A stretch of DNA of 64,000 nt from Chamberlinius hualienensis (lineage: Eukaryota): positions 1,366,979 through 1,430,978 of the forward strand of contig BAAGAE010000031.1 of assembly GCA_054772095.1 (NCBI GenBank), written 5' to 3'. Below, in pieces: positions 1 to 12,952 of this stretch. Numbering within the stretch: the stretch's first letter is position 1; each line of letters opens with the position of its first letter. Made by a program: the position numbers and the translations under genes. The notes under the pieces are model-generated. The model saw only the letters and a list, made by a program, of their open reading frames with translations. It searched no databases and was not told where the DNA came from.

Positions 1-204
1 TGGTATATTTTGGTGTCTTGACGGTCAGATTGCGTACTGGAGTTGTGTCTAGGCGAGATAATTTTGATTATTTATGGTGATTAAGTGTAAAATTGTTTCG
101 ACAAGGTTTAAAAATGTGCTTGGCTGTTTTCTTTTCTATTTGCAAATTGTTGGGGTTTCAATACCCAGCTGTGTGAATTGAGACGTAACAGTGTGTTAAC
201 TTAC

Positions 205-351
205 CATACCATTCGTCGATGGGTCGATATAAGATTCTATACCCCAAGAGAATACCGTTGATAGACATTGCCGGAGGTGGTTGCCATGTCATATGAATGC
301 TTTTAGCTGTATACGGTGTACATCGAATATCCTGAGGGGAAGCGCCGGGAA
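205..351 (-). CDS. Dscam: Dscam-like exon: N-terminal part of FN-III repeat 3 (VPGASPQDIRCTPYTAKSIHMTWQPPPAMSINGILLGYRILYRPIDEWY)
   Basis: The frame is open and continuous from the upstream exon. AG acceptor at 352-353 and GTAAGT donor at 199-204. The translation aligns with the Drosophila Dscam1 stretch ...TPSQPPSDTACTTLTSQTIRVGWVSPP...YAPSDEWY. Confidence 0.8.
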
Positions 352-417
352 CTGCACAGACATATACAGCAATAAATGACATATATAATTTTTGTGACCA
401 ATGGGTACAATTTATAC

Positions 418-658
418 CGTCTTCAGCTGTGGCTGCTAATATCACATCGGAAGGAGGCCCTTTTCCCATGGCGTTATGAGCTTCCACGATAAATTCATAA
501 ATTGTAAATTTCTTTAAATTTCCTATGATTACTGCCAATTCTTTGGTCCCATTGGTGATGTCGAGACTTTTATACACGTACGAATTTTCAGCGTTTTGTA
601 TCTTGTATCCGACTCGATAACTTCTTAACTTGCCGTTATGAAGCTCCGGCTTTGGCGC
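418..658 (-). CDS. Dscam: Dscam-like exon: C-terminal part of FN-III repeat 2 (APKPELHNGKLRSYRVGYKIQ...ILAATAED)
   Basis: Acceptor cccattaaAG|GCGCC and donor GAC G|GTATAA. Phase 0 in and phase 1 out, matching the neighbouring exons. The translation aligns with Dm Dscam PPPRTEWNGEILGYYVGYKLSN... Confidence 0.82.
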
Positions 659-1302
659 CTTTAATGGGCAGGGAAGATAAAATATGACGCAATTAACGGG
701 TGAAATTGTGTAACGTTTAAGCCAATCTACGAGAAACACATGCCGCTAGTGAATAGCTCGACGTTAATTTCGTCCACAAGTTTAATAAGCACTACATTTA
801 TTGGTCGTTAACGAATAAAATAGCGGTGTATGGAATTTTGGTATGTAATGAAGTTGCTCATACTTTATGTACCTACCGAATACACTGGGTCCGTATTCAG
901 TAATTACCGCGCGTGAAACACTTTTATAATTTTGTTTTCATAACAACAAAGCATAAAAATTATTCATCAAGATTTTACTGAATGTCATTGGCATTCGACA
1001 ATAGCAGTCTACGTAAAGATTGACATGCCTGCTGTTCTCATAACAAAAGTTGCCCTGATAAGTGCTCTATTAGAAACTAAAAAAAAAAAGGAAGTTTAGC
1101 TGTTTATAATAGCATTCCAGCTGTTTAAATCTATTGAAGACTCGCAAGGTTCTATTATAAAAAATAAAACAAAATCGCGTATAGTGAATTGTTGAGTTAA
1201 TATTTGAATGACTAATCTCTGAGAAATTATTTTAAAAATTGCATTGATAAATATCACAATACTTTAAATGATGGTTTATTAACAAATTATTAATAATGAC
1301 GA

Positions 1303-1474
1303 TAAAATATAATTTTTATCGACTAATTTCTTATTTAAAATATAATTTTCATCGACTAATTTCTTATTTAAAATATAATTTTCATCGACTAATTTCTTAT
1401 TTAAAATATAATTTTCATCGACTAATTTCTTATTTAAAATATAATTTTCATCGACTAATTTCTTATTTAAAATG
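1303..1474. repeat. 33-bp minisatellite, about 5.2 tandem units (AAAATATAATTTTCATCGACTAATTTCTTATTT)
   Basis: Perfect direct repeats are visible in the sequence. They create the artefactual ORF 1296..1505 (NFHRLISYLKY repeated five times). The repeat lies in the intron between the FN-III 2 exons. Confidence 0.95.
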
Positions 1475-2029
1475 CAATTTTTTAAAAGTTTTGTACATTT
1501 TTTAGTTTTCTAATATTGGAATATTTGACGTTATAGCATTGTATTAAATAAATTCTCTCTGTGTTTCTGTCAGTAATTCTCCACATTTGCAACCGATACC
1601 AATGGGCAATTTGGTATAAATACAGTATATATCTGGTTCCTAGACATGAGAATTGGCCTTTAATTAGGAGTTGAAATTTTTTGCTCATTTAGAGATTGGA
1701 ATGTTATTGATAATGCCATATTATGTAGTTTAGCCTTTCTTCACACACACATATATATACTGTATATATATATATATATGGGGGTAATATGGATCATTCA
1801 AGATCGATGATATCAATTTGTGGAGCAAGTCCGTTGGATATATCATTCCAAGCATAGATGGTCTGTTGTCATGGTTACTATCAGAAACTCAGGTTCACAT
1901 AAGGCAATTGTTTGAAAGTTAATCAAGCGTCGAGGTTTTGTTTACTTTTTTTTTATAAGGTCATCGAAAAGTAGTTGAAGATAGCGAGATAGAAGTTTGA
2001 TGATGGAAAAAGTGGGCAGTTTTACTTAC

Positions 2030-2100
2030 TTTCCAGCTGACCTTTACAGTATGTGTGTCGATCGCTGTTATTTGAACATCTCTCGATGGCCCCGTAGGAG
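2030..2100 (-). CDS. Dscam: Dscam-like exon: N-terminal part of FN-III repeat 2 (APTGPSRDVQITAIDTHTVKVSWK)
   Basis: Short 71-nt exon with tttttAG acceptor and GTAAGT donor. The phase fits (1+71) and the translation aligns with Dm APSGKPQNIKVEPVNQTTMRVTWK. Confidence 0.75.
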
Positions 2101-2206
2101 CTAAAAATTAAAAAGACAGACAAAGACACAAGCTGAGTTTTTGGACCTGTTTTCTTTCTTTACATCATTATGAAGTCTATATCTACGGTGGTGGAAAATA
2201 ACCAAC

Positions 2207-2377
2207 CTTCTTCTGCTGTTATCAGATCAAATACTTGGCTGGCATTGCTCTGACCCATTTTATTATGGGCAAATAGCCGGATCTGATACTGAGTGGCCGG
2301 TTTGAGATCGGTTAATGTCAAAGTTGTTTCCTCCGTCCCAGTCGTTATATTTTTTGAATCCAACGGTTTTCCGGTTT
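2207..2377 (-). CDS. Dscam: Dscam-like exon: C-terminal part of FN-III repeat 1 (ETGKPLDSKNITTGTEETTLTLTDLKPATQYQIRLFAHNKMGQSNASQVFDLITAEE)
   Basis: aacAG acceptor and GAAGAAG|GTTGGT donor. The translation aligns with Dm ...KLSPATTYNIRIVAENAIGTSQSSEAVTIITAEE. Confidence 0.8.
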
Positions 2378-2458
2378 CTGTTATATATTGAAGGAAAAAA
2401 AAACAATTTTTGAAGTCATGTAAACTGATTTTTATTTTTACCCTTTAAGTATATCATA

Positions 2459-2593
2459 CCAATTTCCTTTGGTCGAAATTCAACTGTGTAGCCATTCACT
2501 GGAGAGTTTCCATCAAATGGTTGTGACCATGATATTTCAACGCTTTTACTCGTTGGTTTTCCCAATTTAATCTTTTTAACGGCGTCTGGGACT
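2459..2593 (-). CDS. Dscam: Dscam-like exon: N-terminal part of FN-III repeat 1 (EVPDAVKKIKLGKPTSKSVEISWSQPFDGNSPVNGYTVEFRPKEI)
   Basis: tgcAG acceptor and ATT G|GTATGA donor. The translation aligns with Dm EVPEMPYALKVLDKSGRSVQLSWAQPYDGNSPLDRYIIEFKRS. Confidence 0.8.
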
Positions 2594-3271
2594 TCTGCAT
2601 AGCCATTCAAAAACAAAGTAAATAGGCAGTTGAATATGTAATTTGGAAAATTTAGCTAATGCAATAAAAATCCGGATTAAAAAGGATTCATGCTTGGCTG
2701 AAAATACCGCATCGGTCATTGTAAATATTTATTTGCGTGTTTTGGGGATTAAGAGTCAACCGGATAAATGGTAATAGACTAATAGTCCATTTGAAATTTA
2801 AAATATAATATGGATGCAGTTTCAAAATTGTTTACATAATGACGATTTTTCTCTGTTAAAAAATGGATTTGACTTAATCTGTCCAATCAATTGGCTGTAT
2901 TAAGTCGTACAATATATCGCTTTGGTCAAGAAACTTGATGATTTAATGCATTTGGCTGTTTTTACTGTTTGATTTCGTCTCGATGGATTATAATTTATTT
3001 TGGTCTGTTTTAAATAATTTAGGACATCTGTATTGGTTACTTTAGAGTCTCTCTATGAAATGATTTTACATTCTGATCACTGTAGTAATGTTTTGGCCAC
3101 CATAAATGTTTTTCTTGCTATTAATATTTGACTCATTATTAATATGTCGGTTACTGTATGTAATATTTTAAGAAAGATTGTAAACGTTTAAAGTGTCTTA
3201 TGGAGTTACATTTTTTAATTGACATTTGTAGGGTGAACATTTATTTAGTAACTCTATTAGACTCTAAATAC

Positions 3272-3497
3272 CAGAGGTTTGGGCAGCGGAGCATTGGAGC
3301 AGCTGTATTTTGTCCGAAGCAAGAAGCAAAAAAATTGGAAAGGCTCCGTGCTCCGAATATTTACATAGTAAATGCCGAAAATTAACGACTATTGGATTGT
3401 TTTGCCGATTTATCGATTATTTTTCGGAGCGGAGCGGGAGCAAATAATTTGATACCGGAGCGGAGCTTGGTCAAAAACGGCTTGCTTCAAACCTCTG
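3272..3497. mobile_element. hAT-like MITE, about 226 bp, with CAGAGGTTTGG terminal inverted repeats (TIRs) flanked by a perfect 8-bp target-site duplication CTAAATAC
   Basis: The TIRs are CAGAGGTTTGGGCAGCGGAGC at the left and GCTTCAAACCTCTG at the right. The direct repeat CTAAATAC lies at 3264-3271 and again at 3498-3505. There is no coding capacity. The element is about 85% identical to the copy at 21452-21673 in the opposite orientation. Confidence 0.8.
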
Positions 3498-4504
3498 CTA
3501 AATACCATAGTTGATATCATTAAAAATGATTAGTTATGATGCACTAATCTGCTTCAACCTATTTAGATATTTTTTTTATTTGATGTAAGTTTGGCGCTTT
3601 TAAAATGCAACGGTATTTATTCATTTTCGAATAGGACTAATTGTTGGGGTTTAGATGAAATTACCGGATCAGCTGTTGTGCTGAAAATCAACTGGGAGCA
3701 AGTGGCGAAAGCTTTTTGAGAAGTAAAAAAATAAAGGGGGGAAAAAAACTAGTGTTGTTATAGCAAAGGAAAATTCAGTGGGAAAAATGAGTTGGAAACA
3801 CAATGGAAGAGGCTTCATAAATGTTAAAATAAATTGCGAGCGCCCAAGATGAAAAATGGCTTAGGAAAAGAAGGAAGGAGGAGATATGTATGGGTAAGAA
3901 AATATACGAGGTGGATGGAGTTTAAGCTTAAGTTTAAGGGGTAAGAAGAATGGCAGTAAAAGAGTATAAGATTGGGGAAGTATAGATGGGAGGAGGAAGA
4001 AGAGAAGTTTTATGTATGACGTAAGTACGGCGTAAGAGAACAAATCGATGAAATTAAAGCAGAAATGTTTGTTGAACGGTTTGTTGTCATTTATGTCTTT
4101 TAAAACTTGTTCGAGTTCTTCTTGGTAAAGATATAGGATTTCCTTGAAGTTAAAGATGTTAAGGAACAGGAAGCACTAAAAGCTTGTTCGTTTTCGCCAG
4201 GGAATTTGACGAGTAGTTTAGTTTGGGCACCAAAAATTGAACTAATACGGTAGACGTATGTTCATATGAGAATTGTTTGAAGTGGTCTCTCTTGAACAAC
4301 TTCAATAACACGCCCGCATTATGGGGAGATGGCTAGTCGTTAAAAGTGTAGAGTTATACAGTATTTTCAGTTAACTTTTTGTGTAAATATCGATACTATT
4401 GTCAACTACTAGTACTTCATATTGACATGTCAAAACATTTACACTATGTGACAAACTGACAAGTTGATTATCAATATTTTTATTTAATTAGAATTTTTTA
4501 TTAC

Positions 4505-4873
4505 CTTGAACGATGACGCTGATATTGGCGTTGTCGTCACCAAATGTGTTTTTAGCTATACACGTGAATATTCCTGTGTCGTCACGATGAGTCGAGCGAA
4601 TAATTAGTTGAGAAGTCTTCGATTTTGGCGAATTTTCCGTCATTTGAAGTTTATACCTGTCAATTGTATTCATTGTTATTCTTGATAATTTATGATTGAA
4701 TGAATGGTGTATAATTTGTATAAACCTGGAATTTTTTGTTGTTGGCAACGGTGTGCCATTCCTTGACCAAGTGACATCCAGTGGGTCATCACCTGCCACT
4801 TCACACGCCAGTGTTATGTTTTGACGAATTTTTACAAGGACACTTCCATTAACCGCTTTAATGTTTGGAGGAA
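4505..4873 (-). CDS. Dscam: Dscam-like exon: Ig9 domain (VPPNIKAVNGSVLVKIRQNITLACEVAGDDPLDVTWSRNGTPL...TGIFTCIAKNTFGDDNANISVIVQ)
   Basis: 369-nt open exon with ttcttAG acceptor and CAA G|GTAATA donor. An Ig-fold signature is present (C...W...DxGxYxC) and the translation aligns with Dm Ig9, which ends ...FTCVATNAFGSDDASINMIVQ. Confidence 0.88.
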
Positions 4874-5610
4874 CTAAGAATAAGCAAAGCATTTGATAAT
4901 TAATGATGTTCTACCTAGTAATTTGCTAGAATTTAAAGGGGGCCCTTTCTTAGCTATTTTATTACTTAATGGGTCATATAATTTTGGAGTATTTACATAA
5001 AGAACTGTATAACACGCACAGCGCACTGGTCACTGACAAAGCACCACCGTTAATTTTCACTTTTAGTGGTTTCTATAAAATACTGGCGCATGATTTGTAA
5101 GTTGTATGACATTTAAAGCGTAATTTTACAATGTAGATATAAAACTTGGATTGTTTTAAGTTGAATAAAATTTTTTAGTATTGTATGCTAGCTGGCATAA
5201 CGTCTAGGTCTAGAGAAATTCCGATGAAATAGTCAAATTCTCATCGATAGTGCTTCAATTATTTTGTTTGACATTTTTTTGTCTAATGCCATCCGCTTTA
5301 CTCTCTGCTTTAAAATGTTTCAGTCATGTTTTAAACCATTTTGAAGAGTATTTTAGAAGCGTATAATGCGTTTTTAGCGTGCATTTGATGTAGTATGTAA
5401 TGTTTTAAGATTTTCGATTGGCATATTTTAGACAACTATAAGACACCGTTTTATGCTTTTATCTTTTACTTATTTTTAGATGGGTAATATTAGGACGCAA
5501 AATAAGCGTAAATAATGCAGTGCATCGAAGGAGCTTATTAAGTATTAGTAGTAAAAGCTGAAATATTTGGTAGAAATGCTGTCTTTTTTTTTTTTTTTTT
5601 GTCATAATAC

Positions 5611-5787
5611 CATTGACGTATAAGTGCATGGCTATGCTGAGTCCTTCGTCAATCCCATTAGACGCTTGACAGAAATAATAACCCTCGTCGTCTGCTTGAG
5701 CATGGAAAATAGTGAGCGAGCCATTGCTGTGAAGGTTAAATCTGGAAGTGGTGACTATAACGTCTTTACGATTCCCTGGTTGAACCC
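5611..5787 (-). CDS. Dscam: Dscam-like exon: C-terminal half of Ig8 (...NGSLTIFHAQADDEGYYFCQASNGIDEGLSIAMHLYVN)
   Basis: gacAG acceptor and AAT G|GTATTATG donor. The translation aligns with Dm ...EEGTLHVDNIQKTNEGYYLCEAINGIGSGLSAVIMISVQ. Confidence 0.85.
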
Positions 5788-5931
5788 CTGTCGATTAAAA
5801 TAATAGTCGGTACAGGATGCACACACACACACACATGTACAGTATACAATTAGATGTTGGAAGGAAGACATTTTCTATGGAATTTGTCGAGATGGGTGTG
5901 TGCGGGGAAAATTAAATTACATTTAATATAC

Positions 5932-6051
5932 CTTCAGCTTTCATCCAAGTTATGATGGGCAGTGGGGAGCCCTCGGACTGACAGTGTATAATAACGTCGT
6001 GACCCAAAGCTACTGAAGTGTCTCTCGGTTCCACCAACCACCGTGGAGGAA
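5932..6051 (-). CDS. Dscam: Dscam-like exon: N-terminal half of Ig8 (VPPRWLVEPRDTSVALGHDVIIHCQSEGSPLPIITWMKAEG)
   Basis: ttatcAG acceptor and GAA G|GTATAT donor. The translation aligns with Dm VPPRWILEPTDKAFAQGSDAKVECKADGFPKPQVTWKKAVG. Confidence 0.86.
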
Positions 6052-7244
6052 CTGATAAGAACCAATAGAGAAAAATCATACCAATATATATACCTTAAAG
6101 TTAATAATAAAGGCAGCTCGAAAGATAGTATACAGTATATAAAAGCATTTGACAGTGAATACAAGGAGTTATTAAATATATAAGTAAAAGAGGGAGATAT
6201 ATAGAAGATATAGAGAACATTCAAAACCAAAAAAAAAATAATAAAAAAAGCTCATTTATTTTCTTTGTCCAATTTAACCAGTCGGCATTTTTAATTTGGT
6301 TACTTGAATAAGTTCAAGTTTTGATGTAACTTATAGTATGGCAAACACAAGTAAATGTATTTTTTAAGGTTAAATTGGATAAAAAAAACAAAAAACTTTT
6401 GCCAGTCTTAGCAGTTTCGTGACATTAATTTGTCGGAGAAAATAAAATAGTCTAGACTATTTTTTTATGTGAAATTATTTTTACTTCCAAGTAAACTACT
6501 TAGTTTTTTTTATACGTGTAATATTTTGTATGAAATGTCACGAATTTGGTAAAACTTTCTAATAATAATAATAATAATAGCTTTTTTTTCTATATAATAT
6601 GCTATATATTGAATGCTCATGCAAAAAATCAGTCTTTCAAAAAGTGTGAGCGTGTGTACAAATATAAGTGTTCATGCACATAGATCATGACGTCACGGTT
6701 ATGCTTTCAAAGGTTGGAATTATATACAGCTACATATATATATGACTAGATAAAGCATTGTAAAAACACTAAGCAAAACGATAACAAAATGGCACCAGAC
6801 CGTTCTTTCACGCCATAAACATTGCACTGGCTGTAACTTATGCTTTTAAGTTTTTTTTTTTAACCAAGAAAGCGTGGATATCACTTTAAACTAATATTTA
6901 CATATGTTAAATGCAAATTAGTTTTAACTGGAGTAAAAGAGGGCGTGGCATCCGCTTTGGTATCGATCAGCTGATTAGCACATCTTACCCACTGCCATCA
7001 TTTAAAAAAACGAAAACAAATAAATAAAACTGGTCACATAGTGGTTTCAATACAAAGATATATAAATAAGTAATAAATTAGGATGTTTGTCTTAATAATA
7101 CCGATTTAAAATGGTGGAAGGTGGATAGAAAGTATTAGAAATTGATATTTATTTAAATATATATACACAGTTTTAGATATCAAATATTATTAGTCAACGA
7201 TATACAGCATATCGGAAGATTTTTATGTGTTTTCTGTGTTTTTA

Positions 7245-7248
<4 letters not shown>

Positions 7249-7283
<35 letters not shown>
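7249..7283. repeat. T35 homopolymer, one of many poly-T or poly-A tracts of at least 18 nt
   Basis: The homopolymer runs are read directly. Other tracts are at 5587-5605, 9364-9389, 12926-12951, 13006-13020, 17796-17816, 22897-22922, 48076-48098, 57067-57086 and 61657-61680. Confidence 0.95.
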
Positions 7284-7284
<1 letters not shown>

Positions 7285-10200
7285 GGGGTTGAAAACAAAT
7301 ATCAAAAAATAGGAAATACAAATATATATAAAAACCACCAACTGGGCCACATTCAAAGATAAGGTGACAACATCAAAAGCACATCGAAATATATATATAT
7401 AGATACAATATAATATAAGACTCTTTTCAGTTTTTTTTTTTGTTTTTTTTTTTGGATAAATTTATTTGGCTTTTTTTTATTTTTTTATTTTGCTTTCATT
7501 TCTTGAAATTACAGTTTTTTTCAAGTCAAGCAAGTTAATGATGGTTGCAGGGAGTCAGTTGCGCCAATCGAGTGAAAGTTTTTATCAGAAAAGTTAGTAG
7601 AAAAAGTAATTGATAGTTTTAAAAAAAAGTTTGTCTTTCAAATGAATAAATATTAGTGAGTGTGAGAAAGCGAAGGAGTGACAAAATTATATTAGTTTAT
7701 AGTTTTGTTTTAAATTCAAAATCAATAAATGGATTTCAAACCAGTCAAACTTAACATATAAATTACTATGGCAAAATTAACTTCAAAACTTAAAACAAAC
7801 GTAAGGTATTTGGGCTGTGGATAAAGCAATATTTTTTTCTATAATTAATTGAACGGGGAGGGGGACAAGGGATTTAGGGATTTGTTGATGGGAATTTGAG
7901 GGGCCGATGTGTTAATGGGCTACTAATGATTTATGATTCAAAGCTGAAATATAGTCCACGCTTTAAATTTTAATTAAAAATTTACTTAAAAGGTCGCCAG
8001 CATGAATTTTGATGTTAAAGACGATATTCTCAGCTTTGGTCACATGGAAATATAAATATATATATGAATGCTTTATAGCATTTAGCAGAAATGAACTTCC
8101 AAATTGCACTTTTGGGATGGAGTCATTATTTCTAGTCGCTTTTTGCAGGTACTAAGCATACTGGACGTACTATCGACATTACTTATAAATATACTAACTT
8201 ATTATTCATAACGTAGTCATAATATTGAAGATAAATTCTGACCAATCGGATATCGAATGTCTTTACAAGTACCGCGTACTATAGTTCGGAATTTAACGAA
8301 TTGAAAAAGCGTTATTATAATGCCCACTTCGGCTGAGGAGGCTTCGGTTTTTGAAGCTTGGAGTTGTAATCTCCAGTAAATGACCAAACTGTGATGGCTA
8401 AATTTGGGATCGAGTTTCATTAAAATATAAATTTATTTTAAATACCAACTTAGCCATTTACGATGGTCAACTTTGAGTTTACTGTAATAATAGAGGTTTT
8501 GTTTGTGATAGCATTTCTGCATAATATGTTTATATTTCCGACATTAAACAATGAGACCTGAATATATATATATTTTTTCCAGGGTATTTGAAAATATGAT
8601 GATAAAATTTGGTTACTTAAAAAAATATATATACAAGAAAATAAAAGATTACATAGCTTAAAAGTGATAGAGAATAGCAAAACAGCAATTTTTTTTTGTA
8701 TTGTCGTTCATGCTCTGTAAAGGAATAAGTAATTCTTTTTGTTGGGGAGGAATACAGTATATTTTTTTTAGTGGTCATATTTTGACTAAAATTCCAACTA
8801 CTATCGATCTCGATCAATCAGTTATATTTTTTTTAAGTCTCCAATACGATTTGTGCGCATCAGTAGAGATACTTAATAAGTCATAAGCAGTAGAAAAATC
8901 AAATTCAAAAAAAATAAATAAATAGATATGATTATACACTGCATTTCTACCGCTCACATCATCACAATACACAGATTTATTTTTGTTATCATAGCAACGC
9001 AATTTAAAGAAAATAGAGGGGAGGAAAATAAAGGAAAAGTTAACAAAAACCAAGCCATTCTTTCATTTCAAGCACCATCAATTCCGAAGTTTCGATCAGT
9101 AATAAGTAGTGTATCGATTGGAAGAAGGCCTGGGAGTAAAAAGCTACAGTAAGAAAAAGCGATATATATATAAAATGTATAATATTGACTATGCAAATCG
9201 ATCGAGGGAAAAAAAAATAGTACCAAATGGGTGTTGTATAAAAATGGTGTGGTGGTCTTTATCATTTGGTGGGATTTTATTCTGTGTCTTGGAGTTTTCA
9301 AGGTTTATTTTTTTTTTCTTTTCTTGGGGTGGGTTATAGTCGGTTTCTTGGTTTGGGTGTTGTGTATTTTTTTTTTTTTTTTTTTTTTTGAAAAAAAGAT
9401 TTTTTTTTATGCTGTAAAGAAGTGCATCAATCGGTAATTTGACAAACGTGTCACGCACTTTTGTCGTAGTCACACATTCACTCACTCAAAGACTCAGACT
9501 CTGTGATTCAAACACAACGCTTTTTTTTTTCTTCCCCCTCACTTTTTTCTTCTTTTTTTTTTTCTTATATATATTTTGCTTTCCCATATCCTTTAGCAGG
9601 AAAAGTCACGTACTATAGGCAACGAATGAGTGAAATTGGTTTCGAACTGTTAAAAAAATATTGATCCATTTGAGATTTAATCGTTGATGATAGAGATTTT
9701 TTTTTTCTTTTCGCTGAAGTTATTTTTGCATTGAGTCGTTGAAACGCGTAATTACATCGAAAAAAATTGAATCTGTCAGTCTTTTTTTTTTTTTTATTTT
9801 TTTTTTTTTTTGTGTGTGTGTATTTTTGTTGCGTTGCTGTTTGGGTATACCAATACCATTTAATAGAATATTTGATTTTTTATATTAAAGGTGAAAGAAA
9901 GCATTGTGAAACGTTTTTGTTGTTGGATCTAGAGAATAATTAATTGTGGTGAAATGGTTAAAAATGTTTTTTTTTTTTGTGGGACTCTTGAGACATCCGA
10001 AAAAATTAGACATTAAAATATAATACGGGTGTTTAATTTAAATTTAAATCTATTTACAAATTACGGGGAAATTATGCATTTATTTTTCGATATATTCTAA
10101 TCAGTATTTTTATTAATTTTATTTTTACATTTGTTCTATTATTATGTATTTTTAAATTGCAATGCGGTGCACGGTGAACCATGCTTCAAGCGCATTTAAG

Positions 10201-12479
10201 TATTTTTTTTTAAATATTTTGGGTTAAGAAAACTTGAACTATTGAAGTAATATTTTGTACTGTATTATTACTAGTAGACATATAATTTTTATCTTTGGTT
10301 GCTAATTCGTTTATATAGTATGTGAAAATTCTCGTGCGTTTCTAAATCGTCATCACCAGCTGTGACGTTTCTCTTCTTTAAAATACCAATTGTCTCGCTA
10401 TTTTCTTAAAAAAATATAAATTGCATTTATTTTTGCAGATATATTTTTTTTTTACTTTTTAGAATCAAATTATGGTGTATGTATGCGAGTGTTAATACAA
10501 TTCCAGAAACATTTTATAGCACAATCGTTTTTGTTGAAATAGCCAATGAATGCTAAGCGAAATTTTGGCGAATGTAATGTTAATTCGTTCAATTATGATT
10601 TCTAGCTATTATTATTTAACTTGAATAGGAAATGACGATTGGATAAGCATTAGAAAGTTATTAGTGTGGAACGCGTGCATCAGTGTGAGAAGCAGTTGTC
10701 TTTCAATGTTACTGATGCCATGAATACTAATATTATCACAACAATTGTATTAAAGTGGGCCAAATGAAATTCCTATTTTGTGCTTCGGTTGTGGTTGGTA
10801 TTAAAAAATTTTCCGATTTTTTACGACGTAATTTACATGCAATTTTTGGATGATTGTTAAATTGCTTGTGTTTCCAGCGTAAGACGGTGACATCTCTTGC
10901 ATTTTTACCGGCTATTTCTGACTTTATACGCAAACTGTAACAATGAATTAAAAGCCAAACCAGCGTTGGAGTCGCAAAATGAAATTGGAAAAGGAAAATG
11001 ACTTTCTGCTTTTTAAACGTTTTTTGTCTCTTTTTTTTTTTTTTTTTTTTTTTCTTTTTCTGAGATGGTATCTGATATGTAGAAACAGACTACTAAGGGT
11101 TTATCTTTCATTAAAGCGTATTCAGTGTTGTCGAGTTAGTTTTTATGTCTTTTGAGACTGCATGAGATTTTCTGTGGTTTCTCAATGCACCATCATAGAA
11201 TTCAAAAGGACAATTGATAGTTCTATCCATGATGTTTTTTTTTTAAGAAAATCAAAATTTTATTTATAAAATTAATTAAAATGTCTTTGAAAACATTAAT
11301 GTAAGCCAATCAATTACAGTTTGATTAATGGATTGAAAATATAATGCTGAAAAATTTGTAGTAGTAAGAATTTTAATTGCATTCGAAGCCCTTTGGGGCT
11401 TATACTCGTACAATAGAGGAAGAAAAGTTTTTTGAAGACGGCTGTGACATTGTAAATAAAGCATACAATAAGTAATCGCGCACGTTTGTTGCGCTCGGTG
11501 CGTAAGTTGTTTACGGACGCTATTCAGAAATATTTGGATCATAGTTTGCGGAAAACTTCTGTATGTATTATTGTAACGTGTAGTGCTGCCAAATCTTATT
11601 CCGCGATGTCAGATGTGATAAAATGAACCGCATCAGTGGAAGCTTTATAATACGCACAAAAAAAATATGTCTTTCAGTGAAATAATTATTACATGAAATA
11701 ATTATTTTTATATTTGTCCATTAGAATCTGGTGAAATTTAACATGGAATGTTGCTTAACCAATAATACCCGTATCGACTTTAAACAATTGGTTAAAAAAT
11801 TTGAATTTTTTGTGCTCGAAAATATGTAACTTATTTATTATTATGTTTGTCTGCACTTTTGGACGCAAATAAAAAATAAGTTTTTTGCCGAAGTTTATCG
11901 TCTTGTCATAATCTGACTTCACGGTATACGGTTTGGAAATGCAATTTGATACACCGCACGGCATAATGTAATGGATAGTTTTCGTAAACGCACTTTTATT
12001 TTATGTTTGATATAATTGAATAGAAATTTAGGAATTTTTTAAAGCATCTGCTGATGTTAAAAATTTTAACTAATTAATTAAAATTACCATTGGAAAGTTA
12101 TTGTTATTGTATATTTGTTCGGATTTGACAACATAGTTTGTTGACTTTTATTTTTAGCTCGATAGCGCTACCCACAGTATGGAGAATTAACATCAAAAAG
12201 CGTTATGTTTTTATCACATTCCAGTCCGTAGCCCATCAATTTCATCGATCGGCTATGCAGTCAATGCTAAATGAGTGAAATGAGAATGTCGGATAAGATA
12301 ACTACTGTACGGTGTCTAAAAGAACTTTACTCGTGTTGTTTTTTTTTTTTACTCTTTATGTATAGAGCAAGAAATTCACAGTGCTTTCCAAATACCAAAA
12401 TAGTGATTGGTTGTGCTCAATATATAATGATGGTATCACATAAAAATTGAGGGTGGGGACATTTTCGTCATATAAAAAT

Positions 12480-12690
12480 GACCGGAAATGATGATGTTGG
12501 GATGAGAGGAAAAAATAAAAAAAAGGAATTGCTGATGAGAAGGGGATGGTTCAGGGATGTGCTGAGGTCAGTTAGAAAGTGAAAGTTGCAATTGAAAGAT
12601 GCAATGATGGTGGTGAATGAATGGGGTGGGGTGGGATGGGATGGGGGAGTGGGAGGGAAATGGAGGTAGTAAGGGTAAATCACTCGGGTG
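12480..12690. repeat. Purine-rich low-complexity tract on the plus strand (G/A-rich, contains GGGTGGGGTGGGATGGGATGGGGG), which is C/T-rich on the gene sense strand
   Basis: The strand-asymmetric composition is visible by eye. Similar tracts occur at 3840-4060, 19980-20080, 23600-23740, 25040-25140 and 26950-27200. Confidence 0.8.
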
Positions 12691-12918
12691 TGAACTTTTA
12701 AGGTTGCTGTAGGAATTTCAAGAGGCTTGTTCGTATCATCATCATCTACAGTAAGTCACGCACACAACATGCGTCGATTTTTGCCATTTCCACTTTTTTT
12801 TTGTTTTCTTTTTTCTCTTTTGTCTAAATCCAATGTGCAGATGGTTACATAAACGCATTGTCATTACCATTATCAACCGTTAGGAAAATAAAAACGTTAT
12901 CGTGTACAACTTAACTGG

Positions 12919-12952
<34 letters not shown>

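Noticed and set aside
158-739. 193-aa minus-strand ORF that looks like one long coding region
   Set aside because: It is two Dscam exons (205-351 and 418-658) joined by in-frame read-through of a 66-nt intron that happens to lack stops (INCTHWSQKLYMSFIAVYVCA). A GTATAA donor and a tgcAG acceptor delimit that intron. The N-terminal extension (MFLVDWLKRYTISPVNCVIFYLPCPLK) is also intronic and lies upstream of an AG acceptor.
1296-1505. 69-aa plus ORF with repeated NFHRLISYLKY
   Set aside because: It is an artefact of translating the 33-bp tandem repeat, and 33 is divisible by 3.
9189-9485. Overlapping ORFs of 60 to 100 aa on both strands around 8900-9500 and 15689-16458
   Set aside because: The proteins are low-complexity, K/F-rich or poly-residue, and are driven by homopolymer and AT-rich sequence. 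They have no domain signatures or splice context.
12858-12870. TTACCATT, the reverse complement of the AAT G|GTAA donor used by the Ig7 variants, in the big intron. This could mark a fourth, degenerate Ig7 exon
   Set aside because: The upstream minus-strand sequence (12871-13150) is poly-T and K-rich junk (ORF 12880..13104) with no Ig motifs. The match is a chance occurrence of a common 8-mer in AT-rich DNA.
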